From NCBI RefSeq assembly GCF_036365525.1, contig NC_090399.1, positions 21,896,529-21,960,528 on the forward strand: 64,000 nucleotides of DNA, given 5' to 3'. The position numbers and the translations under genes are program-made. Shown here in pieces: positions 26,472-39,499 of the stretch; the first letter of the stretch is position 1, and each line of letters opens with the position of its first letter. The notes beneath the pieces were generated by a model, which saw only the letters and a list, made by a program, of their open reading frames with translations, searched no databases and was not told the DNA's origin. This DNA comes from Heterodontus francisci (lineage: Eukaryota).

Positions 26472-29400
26472 ACATAAGAACATGAGAAATAGGAGCTGGA
26501 ACAGGCCATTTCGCTCTTCGAGCCTGCTCTGCTATTCAACAAGATCAAGACTGATCTTCTACCTCAAATCCACCTTCCTGCACTATCCCATATCCATTAA
26601 TGCCATTTGTACACAAAAGTCTATAGACCTCTATCTTGAATATACTAAAAGACTAAGCATCCACATCTTTCTGGGGTCGAGAATTCCAAAGATTCACAAC
26701 CTTTTAATTGAAGAAATTTCTCCTCATCTCAGTCCCAAATGGCTGACCCCCTTATTCTGAGACTGTGACTCTGTGTTCTAGATTGCCCAGCCAGGGGACA
26801 CATTTTCTCAGCATCTACCCCATCAAGCCCCTTAAGAATTTTTATATCTTCAATTAGATCACCTCTCCTCCTAAATTCCAGGGAATATTGGCCTAATCTA
26901 ATCAATCTCTCCTCATAGGACAATATCCTCATCCCAGGAACCAGTCTAGTGAAACTCTGTAGCACTCCCTCTAGGGCAAGTATGTTCTTCTTTAGGTAAA
27001 CCAGAATGTCACAGAGTACCCCAGATGTGGCTTCACCAATGCCCTGTATAATTGTAGTAAGATTTCCTTACTCTTCTACCTCAATCCCTTTGTAATAAAA
27101 GTTAACAGACCATTTGCCTTCCTAATTGCTTTGCTGTACCTAGATGGTAACTTACTTTGATTCATGTACAACAATACTCAGGTCCCTCTAAATGCAAACA
27201 TTTCCCAGTCTCTCACCATGGCAGATGAAATTTAACGCAGAAAAGTGTGAAGTGATTCATTTTGGTAGTAAAAATGAGGAGAGACAATATAAATTAAAGG
27301 ATACAATTCTCAAGAGGGTGTCAGAGCAGAGGGCCCTGGGGGTATATGTGCACAAATAATTGAAGGTTGCAGGGCAGGTTGAGAAAGTAGTTAATAAAAC
27401 ATATGGAATCCTGAAATTTATAAATAGGGACAGAGAGTACAAGAACAAGGAAGTTATGATAAACTTATATAAAACACTGTCTCGGCCTCAACTGGAATAT
27501 TGTGTCCAGTTCTAGTTCCCACACTTTCAGAAGGATGTAAAGCCATTGGAGAGGGTTCAGAAGAGATTCATGGGAATGGTTCCAGGGATGAGGAACTTCA
27601 GTTACATGGATAGGTTGGAGAAGCTGCGTCTGTTTTCCTTGGAGAAGAGAATATTTAATAGGAGATTTGATAGAGGTCTTCAAAATCATGAGGGGAAGAT
27701 GACACATGACATGGTAGATAGGGAGAAACTGTTCCCATTGGCTGAAGGATCCAGAAGCAGATTATACCAATTTAAGATGATTGGCAAAAGAAGCTACAGT
27801 GGCATGAGGAAAAGATTTTTTGTGTAGCGAGTGGTTACGATCTGGAATGTACTGCCTGAGAGTGTGATGGAGGCAGATTCAATCGAGGCCTTCAAAACTG
27901 AACTGGATAATTATCTGAAGAGAAAAAATTTGCAGAGTTACGAGGAAAAGGCAAGGTAGTGGGAGTAGGTGAGTTGCTCAGAGAGCCAGTATGGACACAA
28001 TAGGCCAAATGGCCTCCTTCTCTGCTGTAACCATTCTTATGATTCAAAAAACATTCTGCTTTTTTATTTTTCCTACCAAAGTGGACAACTTCACACTTTG
28101 CCACACTGTATTCCATCTGCCATGTTCTTGTCTACTCACCTATCTTGTCCATATCCCTCTGCAGCCTCATTGTATCCTCCTCACCACTTTCTCTCTCACC
28201 TCACTATATTTCGTGAGCAAAGTTGATACATTACACTCTGTCCCCTCACCTAAGTCATTAATATAGTTTCTAAATAGCTGAGGCCTAAGTGACCCTCTAG
28301 TTACAGCCTGCCAACCCAAAAATGTTCTATTTATTCCTACTCTTTGTTTTCTGTCCATTAACCAATCTTGAATCCACGATAATATATTATCCCCAATCTC
28401 ATGAGTCCTAATGTGTAATTACCTCTTGTGTGGCACCCTATCGAATTCTTTTTGAAAATCCAAATACACGACATCTAGTGGTTCCCCTTTCGTCTTCTTA
28501 CGAATTACATCCTCAAACAACTCTAACAGATTTGCCAAACACAATTTCCATTTCATATATCAATGTTGACTTTGCACCATCATATTGTGATTTTCTAAAT
28601 GCCGTGTTACCACATCTCTAATAATAGATTCAGGTTTTTTGCCTGCTGCTGATGTGAGGCTAACTGGCTTAGAGTTTCCTGTTTTATCTCATCCTCCTTT
28701 CTTAAATAGAAACATAGAAAAATAGGAGCAGGAGTAGGCCATTCGGCCCATCGAGCCTGCTCTGCCATTCAATATGATCATGGCTGATCATCCAAACTCG
28801 GTAACCTGTTCCCGCTTTCTCCCCATATCCTTTGATCCCATTAGTCTTAAGAATAATACCTAACTCTTTCTTGAAAATGTTTAATGATTTGCCTCAACTG
28901 CTTTCCGTGGTAGAGAATTTTACAGGTTCACCACTCTCTGGGTGAAGAAATTTCTCCTCATCTCAGTCCTAAATGGTTTACTCCTTATCCTTAGACTGTG
29001 ACCCCTGGTCCTGGACTTCCCCACCATTGGGAACATCCTTCCTTCATCTAGTCTGTCCAGTCCTGTTAGAATTTGTAGGTTTCTACGAGATCCCTTCTCA
29101 TTCTTCTAAACTCTAGCGAATACAAGCCGAATCGACCCAATCTCTCTTCATATGTCAGTCCTGCCATCCCAGGAATCAGTCTGGTGAACCTTCACTGTAT
29201 TCCCTTCATAGCAAGAACATCCTTCCTCAGATAAGGAGACCAAAACTGCACACAATACTCAAGATGTGGTCTCTCCAAGGCCTTATATATTTGCAGCAAG
29301 ACATCCTTGCTCCTGTACTTGAATCCTCTCGCTATGAAGGCCAACATACCATTTGCCTTTTTAACTGCCTGCTGCATCTGCATGATTACTTTCAGTGACT

Positions 29401-32400
29401 ACTGCACAAGGACACACAGGTCTCACTGCACCTCCCCCTCTCCCAATCTATTGCCGTTCAGATAATAATCTGCCTTTCTGTTTTTGCCAGCAAAGTGGCT
29501 AACCACATATTTATCCACATGAAACTGCATCTGCCATATATTTGCCCAATCACTCAACCTGTCTAAATCACACTGGAACTTCTCTGCATCCTCCCCACAG
29601 CTCAAACTCCAACCCAGTTTGTGTCATCTGCAAACTTGGATATATTACATTTAATTCCCTCATCTATATCATTAATATATATTGTGAATAGCTGGGGTCC
29701 TAGCACTAGTCCCCACTAGTCACTACCTGCTATTCAGAAAAAGACCCGTTTATTCCTACTCTTTGTTTCCTGTCTGCCAACCAGTTCTCTATCCATGTCA
29801 GTACCTTACCCCAATCCCATATGCTTTAATTTTACATGCTAATGTCTTATGTGGGACCTTATCGAAAGCCTGCTGAAAGTCCAAGTATACCACATCCACT
29901 GGTTCTCCCTTATCTATTCTACTAGTTACCGGGTTCTGTTTGCTACTTTCCAGTACTTGGGAACTGTTCCAGAATGCCTTAGATTCGAGAAGATCAAAAC
30001 CAATGCATCCACTATCTCTGTAGCTACCCTTTCTAAACCCTTTGCCTGCAGTTGTCAGGTCAAGGGGCTTTGTAGCTACTTCGTCCCAATAATTTCTCCA
30101 ATACTATTTCTTTACTTACTGATTTCTTTAAGTTCCTCGATATCGCTAGACCCTTGCTTGCCCATTATTTCTGGATTTTTTTTTGTCTCTTCCAATGTGA
30201 AGACAGTCACAAAGTATTTGTTTGATATCTTTTCCATTTCCGAATGCCCCATTATAATTTCACCTGTCTGTGCTTCTAATGAAGCCACATTTACTTTCAC
30301 CAATCTCTTCCTATTTATATACCTATAGAAATGTTTACAATATATTTTTATGTCTCTTGTTAATCTACTCTCATATTCTGTTTTCTATTTCCTTTTCAAT
30401 TTCTTGGTCCTCCTCTGCTGAATTCTAAGATCCTCCCAATCCTCGGGCTTACTAGTCTTTTTGGCAATATTATACATCTCTTCTTTTGACCTAATACTAT
30501 CCTTAACTCCTCTTGTTAACCACTTTGGACCACTTGTTCTGTGAGGTTTTTGTGCCTTAAAGGAATGTATATTTGTTGCAGATTGTGTATTAATGCTTTA
30601 AATGCTAGCCATTGCTTCACTACCATTAAATCTTTTAATGTAGCTTTTCAATCTACTTTAGCCAGCTTACCCTTCATACTTGCATAATTTGCTTTGTTTA
30701 AATTTAAGACCCTAGTTTCGGACTTAACTAAATCATTGCAAACTCAATATAAAATTCTATCATGTTATGGTCATTCTTCCCTAAAGGCCACTTTCTAACA
30801 AAGTTATTAATTAACCCTTTCTCATTGCACAATATAGATCCAAAATAGTCTGTTCTCCAGTTGGTTCCTTGACATACAGATTTACATAATTATCTGGTAT
30901 ACATTTCATGATTTAGTTCTCCACACTATTACTGCAAATTTGGTTTGCCCATTCTATATGAATATTAAGGCCCCCCCCCCCAAACATGATTACTGCATTA
31001 TCCTTGTTATATGTTCCTCCAATTTCCTTAATTAAACTTTGCCCTGCACTACAGTAACTGATAGGGGGCCTGGAAACAACTCCCGTCAATGTGTTCTGCC
31101 CCTTGCTATTTCTTAGCCGCACCCAAATTGATTTTACTTCTTGATTTTCTGAGTTATGATACTTTCTCTATGCTATCTCTATCCCCTCCTTTATTATCAG
31201 GGCTGCTCCTCCTACTTTTCTCTTCTAAAAGTTAACTCTTCTGGAATATTTAGTTCCCAACCTTGGTCACTTTACAACCACATTTCCAAAAAGGCTTTTG
31301 GCTCAAACCTATTAATTTCTATCTGTGCTGTTAATTCATCTAATTTGGTGTGACTGCTTCGTGCATTCAGATATCCTGGCTTTAACTTTGACTCTTTCTA
31401 ATTTCCTCTGACCTTACCTTAGTCACGAATGCCCTATTACTTTTGATACTCGCACTGTCCTTTCCTGACCTACTCTGCTTATTTTCACCCAAAACATTAC
31501 TTTGCTCTAGAACCTTGATATCTCACTTGCGGCTTTTGAAGTTACCGTTTCCTGTATCCACCCCCACCCCTTTATTAGTTTAAAGCTTTACTGCCCCCTT
31601 TATTAGTTTTGACAGACAAATAAACTGCCTCCATTGTGTTACGTTTGTCCTCGTCAAAATATCTTGCTATACATAATACAGTGCTTAATTCTCACTTGTA
31701 CCTTCTCCTCATTGTACATACGATATATAATCCACATTCATATATGGTCACAGATACCATTTTATGTATTTGCTTTGTATTTCATAGTTCCATAGCTCTC
31801 ATTCATAAACTGAATTATTATTAATATTGGCTTTTAAGTGGAGTCCATCCCAATGGAACAGCTCCCTCTTTCCTCAGTACTGCTGCCAGTGGCTCAAAAA
31901 GTGAAACCCTTGCCTCTCACACCACTCTTTCAGCCACACAGTTAACCTTCTAATCTGTTTATCTCAATACCAATTGGCACCTGGCTTAGGTTCTGCTTTT
32001 TAATTTGAACCCTAACTCCTCAAACTCTGTCGTCAGAATATAATTCCAGTTCTATCTATGTTGTTGGACCACAACTACTGGATCCTCCTCCTCCCACTCC
32101 AAATTCCTCTCCAACTGTGAGGAGATGCTTTAACTGTGGCAATGGGCAGGCATCACAACCTTTGAAACTCCCAGTCTTGGCTGCATAGAACAGTATCTTT
32201 TCTGATATAGTGTTCCCTATCACTACCACATTCCTTTTTACTCCCTGCACTTGAATGGCTCCTGTACCATGGTGCTATGGTCAATTTGCCCATCCACCTC
32301 GCAGTCCTTGTTCTCATACACACAGGTAGAAAGTATCTCATATCTGTTGGTCAAAGTCAAGAGCTAAGGTTCCTCTATCCCTCCATGCTGGATCCCCATA

Positions 32401-33200
32401 CTTGCCTGACTCGCAGTCACACCCTCCGGTCCCTGACCATTGACCAACTCTAAAGTTCCACTTAACCTAAGGGATGTGACTGTCTCCTGGGACAAAGTGT
32501 CCAGATAGCTCTTTCCCCTCCCTGATGCCCCGCAATGTCTGCAGCTCGGACTCCAGCTCAACAACTCAGAGCAGAAGTTCCTCGAGCTGCAGCCACTTAA
32601 TGCAGATTTGGTTGTCTGGGATCTCAATACTCTCCACAAACTCCCACATGCTGCATTTACAGTACACCACCTGCCCTGCCACATCTATCTAATCTGGTTC
32701 CTTTATTTGATTAGTTAATACGTTTTTTTTTAATTGGATCAATTATTTTAGTTTTATTAATTAATTGGTTTATCTAGTTTAAGTTACTAATTTAGTAAAG
32801 TAATAGCAAGCTAGTTTCCTTAGAAAAAAAACTGCAAATCTGTAATACCCATCAAACAATCACCTACCTACTTGCTGTCCTGTGACATCACTCCTTGACT
32901 ATTGTTTCAACTTTGAAGTTCTGGCTCCCAAATCTCCACCTTGGCTCCCAGCTCCCACTTTTTCTTTCAGCTCCTGATCTTTTCCATCTCAGCTCTTTGT
33001 CTCAGCTCTTGCTCTTTTCAAACTCTACTCTTGCTCTTTTCAAACTCTACTCTGACTTTCAGCTCCCGCTCTTTTCAATCTCTGCTCTTTTTCTCAGGTC
33101 CTGCTCTTTTCAATATCCATCCTAGCTCTCAGCTTCTGCTCTTTTCAGTCTCCATTCAGGCTGTACAAGCTCTTGACCTTGATCTCGAATATCTCCACCC
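26472..33200 (-). mobile_element. Decayed near-full-length CR1 in intron 2, with nested CR1s at ~27219-28045 (+) and ~28705-29925 (-)
   Basis: 3' tail (ACATAAGAACAT) at 26472, ORF2 fragments, ORF1 fragments at 32056-32684 (RNVVVIG), and a repetitive 5' region at 32940-33150. Confidence 0.8.
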
Positions 33201-33454
33201 GAGGGATGTCTAATGCTCAGGCATTAAAGGCAAAAAACTGCCTCCATTGTGTGTTAGGTTTGTCAATGTCAAAATATCTTGCATGTACATAATACAGTGT
33301 TTAATTCACACTTATACCGTCTCCTCATTGTACATACGATATATAATCCCCAGTTATATGTGGTCACAGATACCATTTTATTTATATGCTTCATATTTCA
33401 TAGTTCAATAGCTCTCCTTCATAAACTGAATTATTATTAATGTTGGTTGTTAAG
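31622..33454 (+). repeat. Direct repeat of ~217 bp (31622-31838 and 33235-33454)
   Basis: The copies align end to end: AAACTGCCTCCATTGTGT...CATAAACTGAATTATTATTAAT..TTAAG. Confidence 0.9.
32940..33150. repeat. Degenerate ~22-bp tandem repeats in a CR1 5' region
   Basis: Recurrent CAGCTCYTGCTCTTTTCAAWCTCT-like units. Confidence 0.65.
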
Positions 33455-33664
33455 AAATCCCATCCTATTATTACATGGATAATTCTGAATGATCTGTGGC
33501 CCATAATTTGGTTTATCCACACCTATTGCTCCAACCTGCCTTCTGATTAATGTTTTAGGCGCATCTCATACTTGATCATTTCATCCCTGCTGGGAGGGCA
33601 AGGTTCTCCATTTGATTACGTCAAATGGAACTACAGAAAATTGATCTGTGAGCTAATCCCTTAA

Positions 33665-36186
33665 ACACCAAAGTTATGTTAACATTTTATAAATCACTGG
33701 TCAGGCTTCAGCTGGAATATTGTATCCAATACTAGACACCACAATTTAGGAAGGACATCAAAGTCTTGGAGAGGATGCAGGGGAAATTTGGCAGAGCTGT
33801 ACCAAGGATAAGGGAATCCAGGAATATGGGGAGACTGGAGAAGCTGGGATTGTTCTCAGAACAAAAGGTTATGGGAAGATTTAATCGAGGTGTTCAAAAT
33901 TAGATAGGGTTTTGATAGAGTAAATGGGGAGAATGTCAGGACAACCAGTAACAAAGGACACAGATTAAAACAATAGGTCAGAGAACCAGAGGGAGATGAG
34001 CAGAATGTTTTTATGCAGCGAATTGTTAAGATCTGGAATACACTGATTGGAAGGGTGGAGGAAGCCGATTCAATAGTAACTTTCAAAAGGGAATTGGATG
34101 TATACACGAAAAGGAACCATTTGGAGAACTTTGTGGAAAGAGCAGGGGAATGGGTCTAATTGGATAGCTCTTTCAAAGAACTAGCACAGCCGCCATCAGC
34201 CGAATGGCGTCGTGAAATCCTTCGATTGCGAAATGATTACTTGGTGTCTGTCTTCACTGAGGAAGATACAAGAAATCTCCCAGAATTAGAGATCCACGGG
34301 ATTGGGGAAATGAGGAATTGAAGGAAATTAGTATTAGTAAGAAGACTGTACTGGAGAAATTAATGGGGCTGACGGTTGATAAGTCTCCAGGACCTGATAT
34401 TCTACATCCCAGAGTGTTGAAAGAGGTAGTGGATGCATTGATGATTATCTTCCAAAATTCTACAGATTCTGGAATGGTTCCTGAAGATTGGAAGGTCACA
34501 AATGTCACCCCATTATTTAAGAAGGGAGGGAGAAAGAAAACAGGGACTACAGACCTGTTAGCCTTACACCAGTCCTTGGGAAAATGCTAGAATCTATTCT
34601 AAAGGATGTGATTAATGGACAACATGGATTTATGAATTGGAAATCATATTTGATGAACCTGTTGAAGTTTTTTGAGGTATATACTTACAGAATTGATAAA
34701 GGTGGACATGGTATACTTGGATTTTCAGAAGGCTTTTGATAAAGTCCCCCACAGGAAGTTGGTTGGCAAAATTAAAGCCCTTGGGATAGGAGGTATATAT
34801 TAGCATGGATTAAGGATTTGTTAACAGGCAGAAAGCAGAGAGTAGGAATAAATGGGTCATTCTCACATTGGCAGGCTGTGACTAGAGGGGTACTGCAGGG
34901 ATCAGTGCTTGGGCCCCAGCTGTTCACAATATTTATCAATGATTTGGATGTGGGGACCAAATGTAGTATTTCCAAGTTCGTGATGACACAAAACTAGGTG
35001 GGAATGTGTGTTGTGATGAAGATGCAAAGTGGCTTCAAGGGAATTTGGACAGACTTAGTGAGTGAGCAAGAACGTGGCAGATGGAATATAATATGGAAAA
35101 ATGTGAGGTTATCCACTTTGGTAAGAGGAATAGATGTGCAGAGTATTTCTTAAATGGCAAGAGATTAGAAAGTGTAGATGTACAAAGGGGCCTGGGTGTC
35201 CTTGTCAATAAGTCACTGAAAGCTAACATGTAGGTGCAGCAAGCAATTAGGAAGGCTAATGGTATGTTAGCCTTTATCGTAAGAGGATTTGAGTACAGGA
35301 GTAGTGAAGTCTTGCTTCAATTGTATACATCCTTGGTCCCCTTACCTTAGGAAGGATATTATTGCTATAGAGGGAGTGCAACGAAGGTGCACCAGACTTG
35401 TTCCTGGGAGGACTGTCCTATGAAGAGAGATTGGGGAAACTGGGCCTGTATTCTCTAGAGTTTTGAAGAATGAGAGGTGATCGCATTGAAACCTACAAAA
35501 TACTGAAAGGGATGGACATGGTAGATGCAGCTAAGATGTTTCCCCTGGTTGGGGGGTCTAGAACCAGGGGACATAATTTCAAAATAAGGGGAAAGCCACT
35601 TCGGACAGAGAAATTTCTTTACTCAGAGGTTTGTGAATCTTTGGAATTTTCTATCCCAGAGGGCTGTGAAAGCTCAGCTATTGAATACGTTTAAAGCAGA
35701 GATTGACAGATTTTAGTTTAGTTTAGTTTAGAGATACAACACTGAAACAGGCCCTTCAGCCCACCGAGTCTGTGCCGACCATCAACCACCCATTTATACT
35801 AATCCTACACTAATTCCATATTCCTACCACATCCCCACCTGTCCCTATATTCCCCTACCACCTACCTATACTAGGGGCAATTTATAATGGCCAATTTACC
35901 TACCAACCTGCAAGTCTTTTGGCTTGTGGGAGGAAACCGGAGCACCCGGAGAAAACCCACGCAGACACAGGGAGAACTTGCAAACTCCACACAGGCAGTA
36001 CCCAGAATTGAACCCGGGTCGCTGGAGCTGTTAGGCTGCAATGCTAACCACTGCGCCACTGTGCCGCCCATAAATACAAATGACATCAGGGGATATGAGG
36101 ATAGTGTGGGGGAAAGGCATTGAAGTGGATGATCAACCTTGATCATACTGAATGGTGGGGCAAGTTCCTGCTCCTATGTTCCTATG
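33665..36186 (+). mobile_element. Two adjacent decayed CR1 fragments
   Basis: KSPGPD and WKVTNVTPLFKK motifs; CR1 3' tails. Confidence 0.82.
35712..36069 (-). mobile_element. HE1-type SINE inside a CR1 3' end
   Basis: Full head-to-tail copy; tail reads (TTTAG)n on the plus strand. Confidence 0.9.
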
Positions 36187-36969
36187 GTTGAACCTCTGTT
36201 TTGAAGGCACCTTCAGACATGATGAAAAATAAAGAGAAGTGACACTTCACCACAATCCCTGATCTCAGACATGGGAAGTTTCATTTTGTGAACCTGAACA
36301 GATCACGTTGTCCCTTGTGCAGTTTGAAGAAGCACATCAGGTCTTGGCTTCTAAAACACAAGAGGTTAAATGGTACAAAATCATGGTAATGCAGACAGTA
36401 ATCTTCTGATGAGGATTGCATGCCCCTGTGGCAATTCCCGTAAGAACTATTTGTATTCTATAAAATGATCAAATCAGTGATTCATTCTGAAACCAAAGCT
36501 GAGAACTAAGTTACGATTGTCCATGTTAGTGGGCTAATGCTTAATGCATTGAATACATTAACATGACAGTCATCTGTCCTGTATTTTAATGGAAGGCAAG
36601 ATAATAATTTAAGGTGAGGTCCGTGTTGCGAGCCAATGCTTCAATAAAAGCCCATTGCTTCCCCATTACAGGATCTAACAACTCCTGGAATAACTCCAGA
36701 ATTTTTCCTCAGTGACTCCTACCCCAGGAGAATTCCAGTTGAGCCAATCTCTGTATGAAGAAATACTTCCCGATATCAGATCTGAACTTACCTTTCACCA
36801 GTTTATACCTATGCCCTACTGTCCTACATTGAAAACAAATGTGTCAATAACTAGATAGAAGTGATGGCTAATGGAATATATTAATATTGTAACTTTATTC
36901 CAGTGATCTACCCATAAATAAGTATATTGTGAAGGGGTACCACTCGCTCAGCAGGATAGATGAAGTGAT

Positions 36970-37335
36970 TTTAAAATTCTCATCCTTGTTTTCAAATCCC
37001 TCCGATCTCTATAGTTTCCTCCAGCCCTGTAACTCTCCGAGATCTCTGCCCTCCTCTAGTTCTGGGCTCTGGATCATCCTTGATTTTAACCGCTCCACCA
37101 CTGACAGCGATGCATTCAGCTGCCTGGACCCGAAATTCAGGAATTCCCTCCCGAAACCTCTACCTCTCCTCCTTCAAGAGCTCCTTAAAACCTACCCGCT
37201 TGGTCAAGCTTTTTGTCACCTGTCCTAATTTCTTCTTCGCTGCCCAAGTGTCAAATTCTGTTTGATAAGTCCTTCTGAAAAGCGTCTTGGGACTTTTTAC
37301 TAAGTTAAGTCGTTGTATAAATGCAAGCTGTTGTA
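36970..37335 (+). mobile_element. L2 3' fragment
   Basis: Homologous to 6725-7120. Confidence 0.7.
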
Positions 37336-37556
37336 GATATCCATTACAAATGTTCCCGCCCCATATTCTGGAACACAAAATGCAAAAATCGGAACTACTT
37401 ATGTCAGAAAAGACCAGCTTCGCGCGTTGCAAGCAAATAAATTCCCCATTTCATGTAGACTTATGTAACTGACACCAGTCCAGTTAATATATTATTACTG
37501 GAAATGTTCTTAACCATTGAACAAAACGAATTCACACCGGGGGAGAAAATACATAC

Positions 37557-37931
37557 CCATTCCATACCCGGTGTCGGATTGGACAGTTAACATTAACCTG
37601 GCCATTTCTATTCCTATTGAGTCGGCAATGGATAATTCATAAATCCCGCTGTCATTAAACTGTAAATCTTTCAGCAACAATGAAGCATTTTCAGGAAAAA
37701 GAACAGCCCGATGTTTGTAGCCGTCAGGAACAGACAGGTAGTGGCAGCGTCCAGTGAGGTTGTTGTCTCTCTCCGATATACATCTATATTCCACAATTCT
37801 GGTCCTGTCTCTGATCCATTTGATCCGAAAGTAACCGCCTGAGTTTGAGACTGTGTAAGAGGTGGGTAGGAGCACAGACTGACCAAGGGTTCCATTCACA
37901 CTGTCCTGGTTCACTCTCAGTGTCACAGCGA
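37557..37931 (-). CDS. Exon 2: Ig V-set domain, CD2/SLAM/CEACAM/HEPACAM-like N domain
   Basis: Acceptor ctctacctttag|, donor G|gtatgt, 375 nt, phase 1-1. Motifs VNGTLGQSVLLP, IKW, YKHRAVLFPENASLLLKDLQFNDSGIYEL and LTV are typical of a V-set domain that lacks the canonical B/F cysteines. Confidence 0.92.
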
Positions 37932-38021
37932 CTAAAGGTAGAGATAATAATTGTGTTAATATATGAGTGACAATATCTAAATAATACAAACATTGTTTAA
38001 ACTACAGCGCATAACTGTATG

Positions 38022-38349
38022 ATTAGATTAGATTAGAGATACAGCACTGAAACAGGCCCTTCGGCCCACCGAGTCTGTGCCGAACATCAACCACCCATTT
38101 ATACTAATTCTACACTAATCCCATATTCCTACCAAACATCCCCACCTGTCCCTATATTTCCCTACCACCTACCTATACTAGTGACAATTTATAATGGCCA
38201 ATTTACCTATCAACCTGCAAGTCTTTTGGCTTGTGGGAGGAAACCGGTACACCCGGAGAAAACCCACGCAGACACAGGGAGAACTTGCAAACTCCACACA
38301 GGCAGTACCCGGAATCGAACCCGGGTCCCTGGAGCTGTGAGGCTGCGGT
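38022..38349 (-). mobile_element. HE1-type SINE in intron 1 of the IgV gene
   Basis: Near-identical copy; tail reads (GATTA)n on the plus strand. Confidence 0.88.
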
Positions 38350-38958
38350 ATAGAATGGAAATAAATATTCACGGTGTTTTACATATTTCAACACCACCTC
38401 TTGGGAACATTCTGCTCTACAGTTCCCTGTAACTGAGCTGGACTCCAGTACCAGTCCATAACAGTTCATTGTGATATTTCACTGATATTTGTGGAAGGAC
38501 TAACTCGCATGGAATTTTTACATCTTTCCAACACAGTAAAACACTAATTGGTGAAAACACTGCTGTTGCGAGAATGTCGAACAGGGTCTAAACGGAGAAG
38601 CAGAGGCAGTCCTGCCCGCTGGAATTATTCTGAACAGTTTTGATTCGGCAAATTTTGATTTAATTTAGAATCACAGAACAGAAGGAGGTTATTCGGCCCA
38701 TCGTTCCTCTTTAAAAGAGATATCAGAATTGTCCCGCTCACCCGCTCTTTCACTGTAGAACTGCAAATATTTCCTTTTCTCAAACTCGGCAATTGCTAAA
38801 AACAAAAAAAAACAGTTCTCACTTGGCAAGAACCGCTACTAATGGACTTGTAAATATATGTTATTACATGGTAGTTTGGACTGCGCATTATACCGCCGGA
38901 TAATTCCTCCACCTCTTTCACAATCCAAATCTTATATATTAATTGTAGCAACTCTTAC

Positions 38959-39034
38959 CGATCCGAGCCAAGAGATTGCAAGTGAAAAGATAGACACCAC
39001 ACACACTAGAAGTTCCATTTCTTTTAAGTAGCAT
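38959..39034 (-). CDS. Exon 1 (signal peptide) of a single-IgV type I receptor: MLLKRNGTSSVCGVYLFTCNLLARI
   Basis: ATG at 39034 in an ACAAAATGC context. The 76-nt exon ends at G|GTAAGA (phase 1), matching the phase-1 acceptor of the IgV exon, and gives ...LLARIVA-VTL as a plausible cleavage region. Confidence 0.7.
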
Positions 39035-39499
39035 TTTGTTGCAGATTCTGTTTAACTGTTTCCAGTTGAGTTTTATCGGAAGAAATGCTCAGAACATCCG
39101 ATGTGGAAACATCAGCAGGTAACTGGTGAAGTTTGATAGCAACAAATCAAAAATGGAGGCCTTTACTTCCAAATCGACCTCGTTTTAATCTGTGGTCAAC
39201 CTCAGAACCAAATCGACAGCATCAATGATATTGTTTTCTGTTGCCTGAAAGCTGCCTTAAAACCTAATGATGATCTTAGGCCAGAGGTTTCCAAACTGTG
39301 GTCTTAGTATCAGAGGGTAAAATTGTCACTGGGATCTCCTGATCTTTTGCTGTAACTTCGGATGAAACATGAACAAGAAGAGGCCATTCATTATCTCTAA
39401 CCTGTTCTGCCATTCAATTAGACTATGGTTGATCTGTATTTCAACTCATTTACCAGCCTTGGTTTCATATCTCTTCACACCCTTACAGAACAAAAATCT

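Noticed and set aside
32940-33150. CRISPR-like array
   Set aside because: Degenerate tandem units without unique spacers, in a vertebrate LINE 5' region.
26128-37556. Second Ig (C2) exon in intron 2
   Set aside because: None found by eye. The interval is nearly all CR1/L2/SINE, and exons 2 and 3 join in phase. A small exon could have been missed.
37510-37989. 159-aa ORF as a single-exon gene
   Set aside because: Strong phase-1 splice sites at 37931 and 37557 show that the ORF ends are intronic read-through.
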